Below the pieces are notes generated by a model. That model made no database searches, was not told where the DNA came from, and saw nothing but the letters and a program-made list of their open reading frames with translations. From a virus, in IMG/VR virus record IMGVR_UViG_3300020152_000019: a DNA stretch of 64,000 bases. The stretch is one strand, 5' to 3'. Positions 37,703-47,411 of the stretch are shown piece after piece (position 1 is the first letter of the stretch; every line of letters starts with the position of its first letter). Made by a program: the position numbers and the translations under genes.

Positions 37703-38377
37703 ATGTGTGACGACTTGTTTGACAGAATGTTCAAACACGCTCAGACTGTATCTCTAGAAGAGTTTACAGACGAAGACGTTGAACAAGAACAAATATATGT
37801 ACCCGAACTATCAGAAGACGATATCGCTATAGAAGGCATTGTTACTGCTATTGCTGGAGATATCGGTAGATTTTATACCGACGCTTATAAAGAACTTAAA
37901 GGTTGGTTCTTAGGTATAGAATCGAAAAGAAAATACATCAATGAGATGTGTGAAGATACGATTGAATGGTTAAAGGATGAAGATAGAAATAATCCTAAAG
38001 TTAGTCTCGATCTTGGTAAATTTAAAACGTGGATGAAAACATCTGAAACGTTTTATTGGAGATATTACTATGTTCTTTCTGATTCCGTTTATAACGATAT
38101 CATGAAAGAAATCAAGAAGAATGAAATCACCTCGATAGAAGTGCTGATGGATCTGAATATGTCTGAGAGAATGAAAGTCACCAGAATGTTAGATTCCGTC
38201 GATAATATTAAAGACCTTATTGTTATCGTTGAAAAATATAGATCCAGAGTTAATAACATTTTCGAAGGCTTATTAAAGAGGAAGAGAAAGATTCAAAGTT
38301 TCCCTTTCCAGATCATGCTGTTAGGTTATGCTGATCTTAATAAGACTGTTAAGAAGATTGTCAATCTCGCTACTTAA
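37703..38377 (+). CDS. putative processed head protein
   Basis: SLE and AIE-G motifs after an acidic N-terminus. Confidence 0.6.
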   Translation: MCDDLFDRMFKHAQTVSLEEFTDEDVEQEQIYVPELSEDDIAIEGIVTAIAGDIGRFYTDAYKELKGWFLGIESKRKYINEMCEDTIEWLKDEDRNNPKVSLDLGKFKTWMKTSETFYWRYYYVLSDSVYNDIMKEIKKNEITSIEVLMDLNMSERMKVTRMLDSVDNIKDLIVIVEKYRSRVNNIFEGLLKRKRKIQSFPFQIMLLGYADLNKTVKKIVNLAT

Positions 38378-38380
38378 TGA

Positions 38381-38418
38381 AGATAGATAGGAGGGTAACA
38401 CCTCCTATCTATTTTTTT
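38381..38418 (+). terminator. intrinsic terminator
   Basis: ATAGATAGGAGG/CCTCCTATCTAT plus T tract. Confidence 0.85.
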
Positions 38419-38437
38419 GTGTTTGAATTTTTTATGA

Positions 38438-38448
38438 TTACATATATA
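38438..38448 (+). promoter_or_regulatory. TTACATATATA phage promoter-like motif
   Basis: repeated motif with upstream TTGAA, placed before a small gene. Confidence 0.65.
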
Positions 38449-38521
38449 CTACTTGACTAAAGCTGCTTAGTTTTTGTTCCTATACTAAGTAATTATCGAT
38501 TAAAGGAAAAGGAGAATATTC

Positions 38522-38851
38522 ATGAACGAATTTTTGAGTGTTGAAAAAATCAAAGCTACTCTGGATGAAATGAAAGCGGGTTTCAAGAAAGCTGAAGGAA
38601 CGGTTGAAACAGTTCCGGTGGAAAAATTCTTGGAACAGTTTGGACAGTTGGGTGCTCTTTGCGAAGCCTTTGATATTAAACTTCACGACAGCTTAGGTGA
38701 AGTGACTATCTTTGAATCTTTGATTTCCGGGCTTCGTCTGCATGGTATCAAGGTGTTCGAAATGCATTTCCCGGATGGCGACCAATACGAAGTTGTCATG
38801 AGGTATCGTGAAAACGATACCCATGTTCGTACCTTCGCATATAAGATCTAA
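38522..38851 (+). CDS. hypothetical protein
   Basis: 109 aa, GGAG RBS, own promoter motif and terminator. Confidence 0.8.
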   Translation: MNEFLSVEKIKATLDEMKAGFKKAEGTVETVPVEKFLEQFGQLGALCEAFDIKLHDSLGEVTIFESLISGLRLHGIKVFEMHFPDGDQYEVVMRYRENDTHVRTFAYKI

Positions 38852-38944
38852 ACAAAGAAGAAGAGAGTTAAACTCTCTTCTTTTTTTTTTTCTTTAACAA
38901 TACTCTAGCAATTTTTTGAATCTTTACTTATCAGGATAATATCC

Positions 38945-40384
38945 ATGAAACTTTACGAAACTGAAAAAGAGAAAGTAGAAATTGGTGCTATCGTCAATAG
39001 TACAAATACTCCTTCTCTTCCTAGCGAAGAATATAATCTAGACAAAGATATCGTTACCTTAGAAAAGCATGTCGATGCTTTTAATAGCTTAAACACTGTA
39101 TATGATCAAGTAGCTACTGAACAGTTTAGTTTCATCGATAAAGGTAACTATATTCTTTATAACGAATACATTAAGAGTTTAACCAGTAATCTCGGTTTAA
39201 AACATGTGCCTGTGATTTCTCAGGAAGCGATTGACACTTTACCGACTGTTGCGATTAACCATCACATCTCTTTAGAAGGCTTTATTAAAGATATGTGGGA
39301 AAAGGTTAAGGGATTGTTTAATAAGATTGCTACTGCTATTAAAGAGTTCTTTGCAAAATACTTTACTCGTGTCGGACGTCTGAAAAACAAACTGAAGAAT
39401 CTTTCGGAAGTTCTGAAAGAAACTGATAAGGATATTGCGACAGTTAGTTTAGATACAGTACCGACTGGGATTGCAACTAAATATCCTGTTAACGGAACGA
39501 TTAACTTAGCTACGATTCAAGAGACGTTTAAGAATATCGCCATCATGGGGACTATTCTGAAAAACATTAACAATGAATCTATTGCTTTAGCGAAGAAAGA
39601 TATCCTGGATAAAGACTTTGTTGGTAAAGTAAAGAGTTTGAAAGATCTCGCTCGTAACAGTAAAGAGAAGATCGATCAAAACAACGCCGCGAAAGGCTGG
39701 AATCCTCTGTCTAAAAAGAACAGAGAATTGCGTAAAGACAATAAGAATCTTTCTGAAGTGGCAAAAGACGCCGAGAAAGAAGCGAAAAACGAAAAAGCCA
39801 AAGTCGATGAAGTCACAAGTGATCCGGCTAATGCTAATATTGAGTTTGATGATACGGAATTTAATGCAGCTAAGAAAGAGTTTGAAAACTTGATTGCTGC
39901 GATTAATTTAGATCTCGGTAAATTAAAGAATAAGCCGCTTGTGGGTGGTAAGACTATTACAAGTGTGCGTGTGGATAAAGATTCCGGTTTAGAATTAGAA
40001 ACCGAAGAAAATAAAGAATCTCCGGATGGGATTCATTTAAGTAGTAAGTCTGATCTTATTAAGTTAATCGATGACACTATTAAATTGATCACCGAAGTAG
40101 AATCTCTTTCTAAAGCCTACGGTCAAATTAACGATACTATCATGAAGAGTATGGATACCGTTGATAAGATCATTAAAGATATTGATGCGGTGAAGTTAGA
40201 AGAGCTGGGTAAGTATAAGACGATTCTGACTAACAAGGTGAAAGAACGCTTAAGTTTACTGAAGACTTTCTTCACCAATTATAACAAGATTTGTAAAAGT
40301 CTGTTCACTATGGTGGTTGACGCAGCAGAAGGTAACTGTGAATATACCGTGTTATGTTTAAAATACTTCGGGGATAGTAAATAA
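38945..40384 (+). CDS. head/inner-body paralog
   Basis: SLE-GFIKDMWEKVK motif shared with paralogs A and B. Confidence 0.75.
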   Translation: MKLYETEKEKVEIGAIVNSTNTPSLPSEEYNLDKDIVTLEKHVDAFNSLNTVYDQVATEQFSFIDKGNYILYNEYIKSLTSNLGLKHVPVISQEAIDTLPTVAINHHISLEGFIKDMWEKVKGLFNKIATAIKEFFAKYFTRVGRLKNKLKNLSEVLKETDKDIATVSLDTVPTGIATKYPVNGTINLATIQETFKNIAIMGTILKNINNESIALAKKDILDKDFVGKVKSLKDLARNSKEKIDQNNAAKGWNPLSKKNRELRKDNKNLSEVAKDAEKEAKNEKAKVDEVTSDPANANIEFDDTEFNAAKKEFENLIAAINLDLGKLKNKPLVGGKTITSVRVDKDSGLELETEENKESPDGIHLSSKSDLIKLIDDTIKLITEVESLSKAYGQINDTIMKSMDTVDKIIKDIDAVKLEELGKYKTILTNKVKERLSLLKTFFTNYNKICKSLFTMVVDAAEGNCEYTVLCLKYFGDSK

Positions 40385-42111
40385 TGAAACTATTTAGCGC
40401 TGAAGACTTCTCTGAAGTCAACGAAAATACTCAACAAAGAGAAAATGACATTGTAGACATTACTGCTGACATTGAAGAATACGCAAGTGATTTGGAAATA
40501 GCCACAGAACGTCTTACAATCGCTTCTAACGAATTAAATCTCGTTGGTGGTATCTCGGCTTCCCTTAACTCGAAAAAACTCGCTAGCGTGGATTATTTCA
40601 CGTCTATGGAAAACTATAGACCGGTGATTGAAGCTATTGCTGATAATCTCGGTGTCAAGAATAAAGTCCCTTCACTGGAAGACTTTAAGAATCCTTATGG
40701 TACTGAAGCCTCGCATCAAATTGCGATGGAAGGTTTCTTTGATTATATTAAGAAGATCTGGGAAAAGATCAAGGATATTTTCGTGGCTTTCTTTAAGAAG
40801 ATTAGTGTCTTCTTTAAACGTTTATTCAATGCTGAGTTAGATCTTGAAACCTACGAAGAATATCTCGAAGGTATGGTAGCTAAGATCAAAGCGAAGAAGA
40901 TGACTATCTCGGATAACAAAGTTCTTCTAGATAGTAAGTTACCTTCTTTACTCGCTAACGAAGGTATGGAATCGGTGAATTCGGATTTCATTCTGTCGGT
41001 TGGTGAAACGAAGATCAGACATTTGGTTGGTGTGACCAATACCGTTTTCCAAGATAACCTCACAAAGGTTTCTAAGGACGATCTGAAAGAATTGCATTCT
41101 AAACTTAAAGATGTAGTTAACGAAGGATTAGATCCTAATAAGACTGTCGATGAGATTGCTCTTGATTTAGATAACCTAAAAGCGCTTAGCATCAGTAGCC
41201 TGAATCAATTGTTTAGTCATCAAATCAGAGATATTCGTGAATTACCTGATACGGTTTATGACGCTATTTTCTATCATTTTGATAAGACCGAGATTGACGA
41301 TCTGTTAGTCAGCAGTCTGGTCGATAATACTCGCCACGGCGATACTCTGCCGAAGAACTTTAATGCTTATTATATTCTGTCTGATTCTGGAAAATTGTTT
41401 ATTTCCTCTAGCACAGAGTCGAATGGCTATACACAAAATAAGTTGTATCCTATTTCTAATGCGAATAATCTCGTTAAGTTCTATGAGTTCTATAAGAAGT
41501 TTAGCAAAGAACTTAACATGAAGAGAATTGATTCTACCATTGGTGACTTCCAAGATACCGTGGAAGATATCATCCAGTTGATGAGAACTAAGTTCGTAGA
41601 TCTTCTTGAGAGACTTCAGAAGAGTAAGAACTATTCTAAGCTGGTAGATAAAGTCACGACAAAAGAAATGGCTTTAGATACGTTAATTGGTTTCTTTGTT
41701 GAAGCGGACAAGCGTTTCCCCAATGATCCTAAAGTCAATCGTGCTTTATTTAACATGGCTAGTTTGTTAAAGATTGATGGTAGTGCTTTAGAGAATCTGG
41801 TAAGAGATAGAGATGTCGAAGCAAGTAGACAATTAATCTTAGATTCTATTACCGATGAAGATGAATTTATCGCAGAAACTAAAAAGCAAACCGGTGCGGT
41901 CAATAGCGCTACTGGTAACTCTTTCTCTAGAGAGGAGATGGAAGCTATTCTGAAGGAATACGAGGATCTGCAAAAGTTTTTGTTGAACTATCTGAATAGC
42001 TTACAAGTGATGCTTAAAGAAGTATCGATCAATCTGGCTGGTACTTACACGCAGCTTCGTTTTGAATTGGCTAAGTATATTTATAACTCGGCGAAGCTTT
42101 ACGTAGCTTGA
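40384..42111 (+). CDS. head/inner-body paralog
   Basis: AME-GFFDYIKKIWEKIK motif; several S/A-x-E sites. Confidence 0.75.
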   Translation: MKLFSAEDFSEVNENTQQRENDIVDITADIEEYASDLEIATERLTIASNELNLVGGISASLNSKKLASVDYFTSMENYRPVIEAIADNLGVKNKVPSLEDFKNPYGTEASHQIAMEGFFDYIKKIWEKIKDIFVAFFKKISVFFKRLFNAELDLETYEEYLEGMVAKIKAKKMTISDNKVLLDSKLPSLLANEGMESVNSDFILSVGETKIRHLVGVTNTVFQDNLTKVSKDDLKELHSKLKDVVNEGLDPNKTVDEIALDLDNLKALSISSLNQLFSHQIRDIRELPDTVYDAIFYHFDKTEIDDLLVSSLVDNTRHGDTLPKNFNAYYILSDSGKLFISSSTESNGYTQNKLYPISNANNLVKFYEFYKKFSKELNMKRIDSTIGDFQDTVEDIIQLMRTKFVDLLERLQKSKNYSKLVDKVTTKEMALDTLIGFFVEADKRFPNDPKVNRALFNMASLLKIDGSALENLVRDRDVEASRQLILDSITDEDEFIAETKKQTGAVNSATGNSFSREEMEAILKEYEDLQKFLLNYLNSLQVMLKEVSINLAGTYTQLRFELAKYIYNSAKLYVA

Positions 42112-42164
42112 AATAATTAAAGATTTATAAATACCAGTGAGCAGATAAATGACAGGATATTCTT

Positions 42165-42752
42165 ATGTCCAACGCTATCATTGCAGAGAAGTTTGTCAAA
42201 CAAGCTTTGTCTGTGCATGGAAATGCTTATGACTATTCTTTAGTGCTAAGTAGAAATAGATTAAATGAATCTATTCCTATCTATTTGAGTATTGACGCCC
42301 TTGTCTTTATTACTTGTCCTCGTCACGGAGAGTTTCTGATATCTCCAAGAGAGCATTTAAAAGGCAAGGGTTGTCCTCTTTGTCATCTAGATAAAAACTT
42401 AGATACTATTAAACACGTATTAACTAGAAACAATATTAGCTTTGAACCTGATTTTGTTATTCCAGTAGTAAGTTGGAAGTATAAGTATGACCTCTACTTG
42501 CCAGATTACAATACTGCGATTCAATTTCATGGACTAGATCATACTAAAGCTTTTGTCGAATACGAAGGCGAAAACTTTAGACTAATTAAACAAGACGACA
42601 TATTAAAAGATAGTTTAGCAAGAGAGTTTGGAATCAAGGTAATCTATATTACCTACAAACATCTCCGAGATTTCTCCTACGAGAAATTATCTAACTACAT
42701 CTTAAATATCTTACGTATGCACAGGTTTGGTGAAACAGATGGAACGCGATAA
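42165..42752 (+). CDS. putative homing-type endonuclease (Zn ribbon plus PD-(D/E)xK/Vsr-like)
   Basis: CPRHGEF...GKGCPLC and YDLYLPDYNTAIQFHG. Confidence 0.65.
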   Translation: MSNAIIAEKFVKQALSVHGNAYDYSLVLSRNRLNESIPIYLSIDALVFITCPRHGEFLISPREHLKGKGCPLCHLDKNLDTIKHVLTRNNISFEPDFVIPVVSWKYKYDLYLPDYNTAIQFHGLDHTKAFVEYEGENFRLIKQDDILKDSLAREFGIKVIYITYKHLRDFSYEKLSNYILNILRMHRFGETDGTR

Positions 42753-42813
42753 CTCATGAGAGAAGCAAACGCTTCTCTCATGAGATCGTTTGACCGTTAT
42801 TAGGGAGTAAACC

Positions 42814-44538
42814 ATGCCAGTTGTTTCTCTTACATTAGAAGACACAAATAGAACTATATTAGCTAACACTTATTTCAAGATCATTCAAGACATTGTCGAT
42901 ACCGTTAAGATTCCTTACGGTGCTTTAGTTGTTCTACATAAAGATTCTGAAGTAACGTTAACTGATAACAAAACCAATGCTACTTTAAATACCAAAGATA
43001 ATTTACCTTCTACTGTCTCTAGTCGAAGAGTACAAGCTTCTATCAATGAAGACTTTAATGAAGATGAATTAACTACTACTGCTGTTCATCAACCTGCAGC
43101 GTATCCTATCTTCTTAGATCCAGATGTAGATGTTTCTATCTACCCGATCTACGTTAAATCCGACATTACAATTAACTTTACTTATGTTTCTCCCTCTAAG
43201 ATTGAAGCGAATCGTATCCGCGATGATATCCGTTTACGGTTATCACAAACCAGAAATATCGACATCCATGAAATTGAATATTCGATTCTGATTCCTGAGA
43301 TTGTAGAAGAATTCATTGCCGATGTTTATGATCTAAAGAATAGATTAGTTCCGCAATCGCTAGAAGATTACTTTAGAGAGCATTCGACGAAAAGAATCTT
43401 TCCGATGACGGATATGTCAAACAAAGAAAACACGAAGCTTGCGGTACAAGAGAAACAAGTGCGCATTGTCGGTGTATATGATTTTAGCAGTATGCCGGAG
43501 AAGGTAGAACATGATAACGAAAACAGTAACTTTAAAGTGAGTTTCAGTTATCGCTTATCGATGGAAATTCCAAGAGCCATCGCTATGCGCTATCCGGTGA
43601 TGATTTGTAATCGTCCGTTACCGGCAAAATACATTCAATTCATCGAAGATAATAAGCGTAACTCGAAAGAAGAATGTAACAAAAATCTGAACTACACAGG
43701 TTCTCTTCGTTCGTTATCTCATTTTGAAGCGCATCGTCAATTAGAGAATAGAATAGATATTAAGCTACCGATGAATATCCCAGCTTTCGATGAATTCAAT
43801 CTTCGTCAAGGACATAAGGGTTACGGTATCTTAGTGTCGTTCCTTACCCAAGTGAATGAAGATGATAAGAGATCTCTGTTTAATTTAAGAGATCTAGATG
43901 AATACTATATCCCAGAACCCTTGTTAGAGTTCCTTAAAAATGGTGAGAGGAATTTTGTAACTAAACCTTATATGTCTTTCTTGTACTTTGGTTTACATCA
44001 AGGGACTAATCATTACGATAACAGTATTTTAGAAATAGATAGTGATCTAAACGTTAAATCTAAGGTAAATCTTTCACTGATGAAACCAGTACGAGTTACT
44101 ATCAGTATGAGTATTGATCTTAGTTATTTAGATAAGAATTGTATTAACAGGTTATTTGACAATCCTGAAATACTGTTTATTTTCTTAAACGAATATATTA
44201 ACGCTTACAATAATTTCAAAACAGAACAATCTAATTCTTTCATCACTGATAATACTTTCTATAGAGATTTCATTTTGATGCTATATAGATATTTAGGATT
44301 AGATAAATTTGATATTATTAAGAAGATGTTTCAAATTTTAAGTAGAGATAATTACTTATACTCTAACATACTTAACTTACTTAAAGGTGGTTATTTTGAT
44401 ATCTACAGAAGTTTAGTGCAGAAGGATATCTTACAAGGTGAAGTATATGACGGTGAACATAGAAGATCAGAAGTGGATTCTTTAGTAATGAAGACCGCGA
44501 TGATTAACTATGTGGTTGCCGGTAGAAGAGATTCTTAA
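42814..44538 (+). CDS. putative virion structural protein
   Basis: 574 aa, GGGAG RBS, phiKZ-like block. Confidence 0.5.
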   Translation: MPVVSLTLEDTNRTILANTYFKIIQDIVDTVKIPYGALVVLHKDSEVTLTDNKTNATLNTKDNLPSTVSSRRVQASINEDFNEDELTTTAVHQPAAYPIFLDPDVDVSIYPIYVKSDITINFTYVSPSKIEANRIRDDIRLRLSQTRNIDIHEIEYSILIPEIVEEFIADVYDLKNRLVPQSLEDYFREHSTKRIFPMTDMSNKENTKLAVQEKQVRIVGVYDFSSMPEKVEHDNENSNFKVSFSYRLSMEIPRAIAMRYPVMICNRPLPAKYIQFIEDNKRNSKEECNKNLNYTGSLRSLSHFEAHRQLENRIDIKLPMNIPAFDEFNLRQGHKGYGILVSFLTQVNEDDKRSLFNLRDLDEYYIPEPLLEFLKNGERNFVTKPYMSFLYFGLHQGTNHYDNSILEIDSDLNVKSKVNLSLMKPVRVTISMSIDLSYLDKNCINRLFDNPEILFIFLNEYINAYNNFKTEQSNSFITDNTFYRDFILMLYRYLGLDKFDIIKKMFQILSRDNYLYSNILNLLKGGYFDIYRSLVQKDILQGEVYDGEHRRSEVDSLVMKTAMINYVVAGRRDS

Positions 44539-44561
44539 TAATAAAAAATTACTATAGATTG

Positions 44562-44575
44562 TATATAGTGAACAG
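44562..44575 (+). promoter_or_regulatory. TATATAGTGAACAG motif upstream of the tRNA cluster
   Basis: identical 14-mer at 60477-60490 upstream of the second RNA cluster. Confidence 0.5.
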
Positions 44576-44584
44576 TAGTAATAT

Positions 44585-44620
44585 TCCCTGATAGCTCAGT
44601 CGGTAGAGCGACGGACTGTT
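44585..44620 (+). pseudogene. 5' half of tRNA-Asn, truncated after the GTT anticodon
   Basis: TCCCTGATAGCTCAGTCGGTAGAGCGACGGACTGTT followed by a T tract. Confidence 0.8.
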
Positions 44621-44633
44621 GTATTTTTTTTTT

Positions 44634-44709
44634 TCCGCAGTGACCAGAGTGGTAATGGCCTCGACTGTTAATCGAGTATTCACACGTTCGATCCGTGTCT
44701 GCGGAGCCA
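44634..44709 (+). tRNA. trnN: tRNA-Asn(GTT)
   Basis: TCCGCAG/CTGCGGA acceptor stem, CTCGA-CTGTTAA-TCGAG anticodon arm, TTCGATC T-loop, encoded CCA. Confidence 0.9.
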
Positions 44710-44749
44710 CGTATTCTTTAACTATGAATATTGCTTGAAAAATCCATAG

Positions 44750-44759
44750 TTACATATAT
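44750..44759 (+). promoter_or_regulatory. TTACATATAT promoter-like motif
   Basis: motif copy with upstream TTGAA. Confidence 0.6.
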
Positions 44760-44791
44760 TACATCTGTTATTAACAATAAGCGGGTGTAAT

Positions 44792-45205
44792 ATGAATGAA
44801 AAGAAAACAAATCAGTTAGGCATGAATTATAGTACTGCCTATAATCGTTTAATACGAGATATTATCTGGTCTTTGATAGTAGATTCAGGTAGGTATAGAT
44901 GTTGTCGTTGTAATGAATTTATGACGAGAGAAGACTATACTATCGAACATATTGAACCATGGCAAGACACAGAAGATCCTGTTAAGTTATTCTTTAGTTT
45001 AGAGAATATTGGTTTTAGTCATCATAAGTGTAATATGGAACATAAAAGAAGACATGGTTTTGCTTCTCAAGCTGTTCACGGGACATCGACTATGTATGAA
45101 AGAGGTTGTCGCTGCGATCCGTGCAAACAAGCTAGTTCCGAATATAGAAAAAGTAAATATACAATTGAAAAACGAAGAAAGAAATATTTAAAGAACGGTT
45201 ATTAA
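44792..45205 (+). CDS. HNH endonuclease
   Basis: CxxC...EHIEP...N.GFSHHKCN plus C-terminal HG...GCRCDPC. Confidence 0.85.
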   Translation: MNEKKTNQLGMNYSTAYNRLIRDIIWSLIVDSGRYRCCRCNEFMTREDYTIEHIEPWQDTEDPVKLFFSLENIGFSHHKCNMEHKRRHGFASQAVHGTSTMYERGCRCDPCKQASSEYRKSKYTIEKRRKKYLKNGY

Positions 45206-45242
45206 TTCTCGACTTTAGTCGGGGAGCCATAATTGAAGTGCA

Positions 45243-45332
45243 GGAGGTTTGGCCGAGCGGTCGATGGCACCGGTCTACTAAACCGGCATACGTGTAAACG
45301 TATCTAGGGTTCGAATCCCTAAGCCTCCGCCA
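45243..45332 (+). tRNA. trnS: tRNA-Ser(ACT)
   Basis: GGAGGTT/AGCCTCC acceptor stem, CCGGT-CTACTAA-ACCGG anticodon arm, long variable arm, G73, CCA. Confidence 0.9.
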
Positions 45333-45343
45333 TTAATAAAATT

Positions 45344-45378
45344 AAGAGAGCTAGAGGGTAATACCTCTAGCTCTTCTT
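45344..45378 (+). terminator. intrinsic terminator
   Basis: GAGCTAGAGG/CCTCTAGCTC hairpin. Confidence 0.8.
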
Positions 45379-45400
45379 GTCACATTTGGTATTTGTTAGA

Positions 45401-45411
45401 TTACATATATA
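45401..45411 (+). promoter_or_regulatory. TTACATATATA promoter-like motif
   Basis: motif copy. Confidence 0.65.
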
Positions 45412-45440
45412 TTATCTGTCACTCTAACCAAGGAATATAA

Positions 45441-46124
45441 ATGACCTTCACTCAAGCTGAATACGATCAGGCTTTAGCAGAAATAGGACCGATTCAAGAA
45501 GCTCGTTATCAGCGAGCATTCGCTGAAGCTGTAATGGCTAACTTGGAGCAAGCTATAAAACTACACGCTGGATATCCTTACTGCTCTGTATCATTAACTA
45601 CTCCGCAGCTACAGGAGTTTGAAATTATAATTAAAGAACGTCTTAATAAATGTTTAGACTTAAGTATTTACAACACTCAATATAAAGACTTCTTATCTAA
45701 GCTTGCAGTAAGTTTGGAAGTACCTGAACCAGGTAAGCTTGTTATTGTTCCAAACGAATATTTTAAATTACTGTACGAAGGCAAAGCTCCTGTAAAGTTT
45801 TATCAACCCACTCGTAAAAATCTTGAAGATTGGTGGAATCATCATAAGAAAACCAAAACTCAAATTCAGATTCGTAAGCACTGGATGGGGGCTACCGTTT
45901 TCGAATCAATGGAAACTTGCAAACTTATTCCTCCGACTTTAGAAGCTGTTAAACAATATTTCCGGGATACTGAAAAAGGTATACCTTATACTGAAGAGGA
46001 TTTATCAACTGTAAAAGTAACTTACTACAGTGACGCAGATCCGCGTATAAACTGGAAAGAAGTTTATATAGTTCAAATAGCTGGTCGTGTTGTTGCGTGG
46101 ACTAATGGTCCCGTGACTAAATAG
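45441..46124 (+). CDS. hypothetical protein
   Basis: 227 aa, AAGGA RBS. Confidence 0.75.
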   Translation: MTFTQAEYDQALAEIGPIQEARYQRAFAEAVMANLEQAIKLHAGYPYCSVSLTTPQLQEFEIIIKERLNKCLDLSIYNTQYKDFLSKLAVSLEVPEPGKLVIVPNEYFKLLYEGKAPVKFYQPTRKNLEDWWNHHKKTKTQIQIRKHWMGATVFESMETCKLIPPTLEAVKQYFRDTEKGIPYTEEDLSTVKVTYYSDADPRINWKEVYIVQIAGRVVAWTNGPVTK

Positions 46125-46139
46125 TTAAGAAAGATTACT

Positions 46140-46442
46140 ATGACTAATGAATATATAGATCCAGGTATAGCTTATGGTTATCCTGAATGTTGTCGTACAG
46201 CTTTCGATACTCTTAGTCATATAGGAGATCACGAACATTTCGAGAAGTTTAGAACAAGTGGATTCTTAGGTACAGGTTTTGTTCCCTGCGCAGAATGCCT
46301 GAAAAAAGATCCCCATGATTTAGTAAAAGAAATCAATTCAAAACGAAATCCTAAACTACCTCTGTTTGAATTGCATGGTGATGTTTCTCTCATGGATAGA
46401 GTTAAAGTAGTTAATGGAGGATTCGTCTTAACTAAGATTTGA
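46140..46442 (+). CDS. hypothetical Cys-rich protein
   Basis: GYPECC and CAEC motifs. Confidence 0.7.
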   Translation: MTNEYIDPGIAYGYPECCRTAFDTLSHIGDHEHFEKFRTSGFLGTGFVPCAECLKKDPHDLVKEINSKRNPKLPLFELHGDVSLMDRVKVVNGGFVLTKI

Positions 46443-46453
46443 ATTTTCTACGA

Positions 46454-46464
46454 TTACATATATA
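46454..46464 (+). promoter_or_regulatory. TTACATATATA promoter-like motif
   Basis: motif copy with TTGAA upstream and GTGA downstream. Confidence 0.7.
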
Positions 46465-46495
46465 ATAAGTGATCATTTCTGATAAGGAGTTTAAT

Positions 46496-46774
46496 ATGAA
46501 CACACAACATCCTGTTGGTAATTACTGCGAGTTTGGTCGTTCGACGATCATGTATCGACAACCGCCGAATTACGACGACTACGGTTACAACGAAAAAGGA
46601 GAGAAGTGGGAACACCATTTCTGTGTGATGGATGATTTCGGTAACGCTATTCCTGTCGATCCATTCTTCTACAGTGAAGAAGGTTACAAACCGTATCACG
46701 CACCGGATCATGATCCTTCTACTCCGGTTGGTCAGCCTTACAAATATATTCAGTACACTCCGATGATTCACTGA
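46496..46774 (+). CDS. hypothetical protein
   Basis: AAGGAG RBS before the ATG at 46496. Confidence 0.75.
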   Translation: MNTQHPVGNYCEFGRSTIMYRQPPNYDDYGYNEKGEKWEHHFCVMDDFGNAIPVDPFFYSEEGYKPYHAPDHDPSTPVGQPYKYIQYTPMIH

Positions 46775-46825
46775 ATCTAAAGAGTTTTAGTCGTTATACA
46801 TTTTTCCACTAAAGGAAATTTAAAG

Positions 46826-47107
46826 ATGAATACTACTGTCACCCAAACCGCAGTTTGCCCAGGTCCGTTCTTCGTAGCTAACGTCACTGCTAATGTGATC
46901 ATGAAGGACATCGTTAAGGATAATGTTTTCTACGATCCGAAAGCTGCTGCTCTTCATGTGAATGAACTGAACATGGTTAGCATGGGAAATCCCACCTACA
47001 CTGTGGTTGACGAACACGGCACTCTGATCGATCACGACGGAAACTACACTCAAAATAAATTGCCGATTTATTTCGACGGCATTACTAAAGAAAATTGTCT
47101 ATATTAA
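46826..47107 (+). CDS. hypothetical protein
   Basis: 93 aa, AAGGA RBS. Confidence 0.75.
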   Translation: MNTTVTQTAVCPGPFFVANVTANVIMKDIVKDNVFYDPKAAALHVNELNMVSMGNPTYTVVDEHGTLIDHDGNYTQNKLPIYFDGITKENCLY

Positions 47108-47120
47108 AAAGGAGTTTAAC

Positions 47121-47399
47121 ATGAATACCCAAGTTTCTAATTTGCCGTGGATTAACAAAATTGCTGCACAGATCCATCAACCGGTAGTTAATCACAACAC
47201 CTTCACTATGTATGACAAAGCAATGGAAATTGTTGATGTTGTGCTTGGTGAAGATCTCGGTGAAGTATTTAAGATCAGCGTCGTTAATCAAGTTTGTAAA
47301 GTGAAATTTCCCCTGTATGTGTCGTTGCTTCCGTTGCAGTTCCGTGAAGATATCACCGTGGATATGGGCGAAGATTTCACCGTTATCACTATCCATTAA
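47121..47399 (+). CDS. small protein, probable member of the ~70-aa paralog family
   Basis: C-terminal region parallels 50088..50300 (ends VITIH). Confidence 0.6.
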   Translation: MNTQVSNLPWINKIAAQIHQPVVNHNTFTMYDKAMEIVDVVLGEDLGEVFKISVVNQVCKVKFPLYVSLLPLQFREDITVDMGEDFTVITIH

Positions 47400-47411
47400 T
47401 CGGAGCACAAA

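Noticed and set aside
36265-38418. Similar GAGG-GTAA(C/A)A-CCTC hairpins as a MITE family
   Set aside because: They are always at gene ends with T tracts and have no target duplications; ordinary phage terminators
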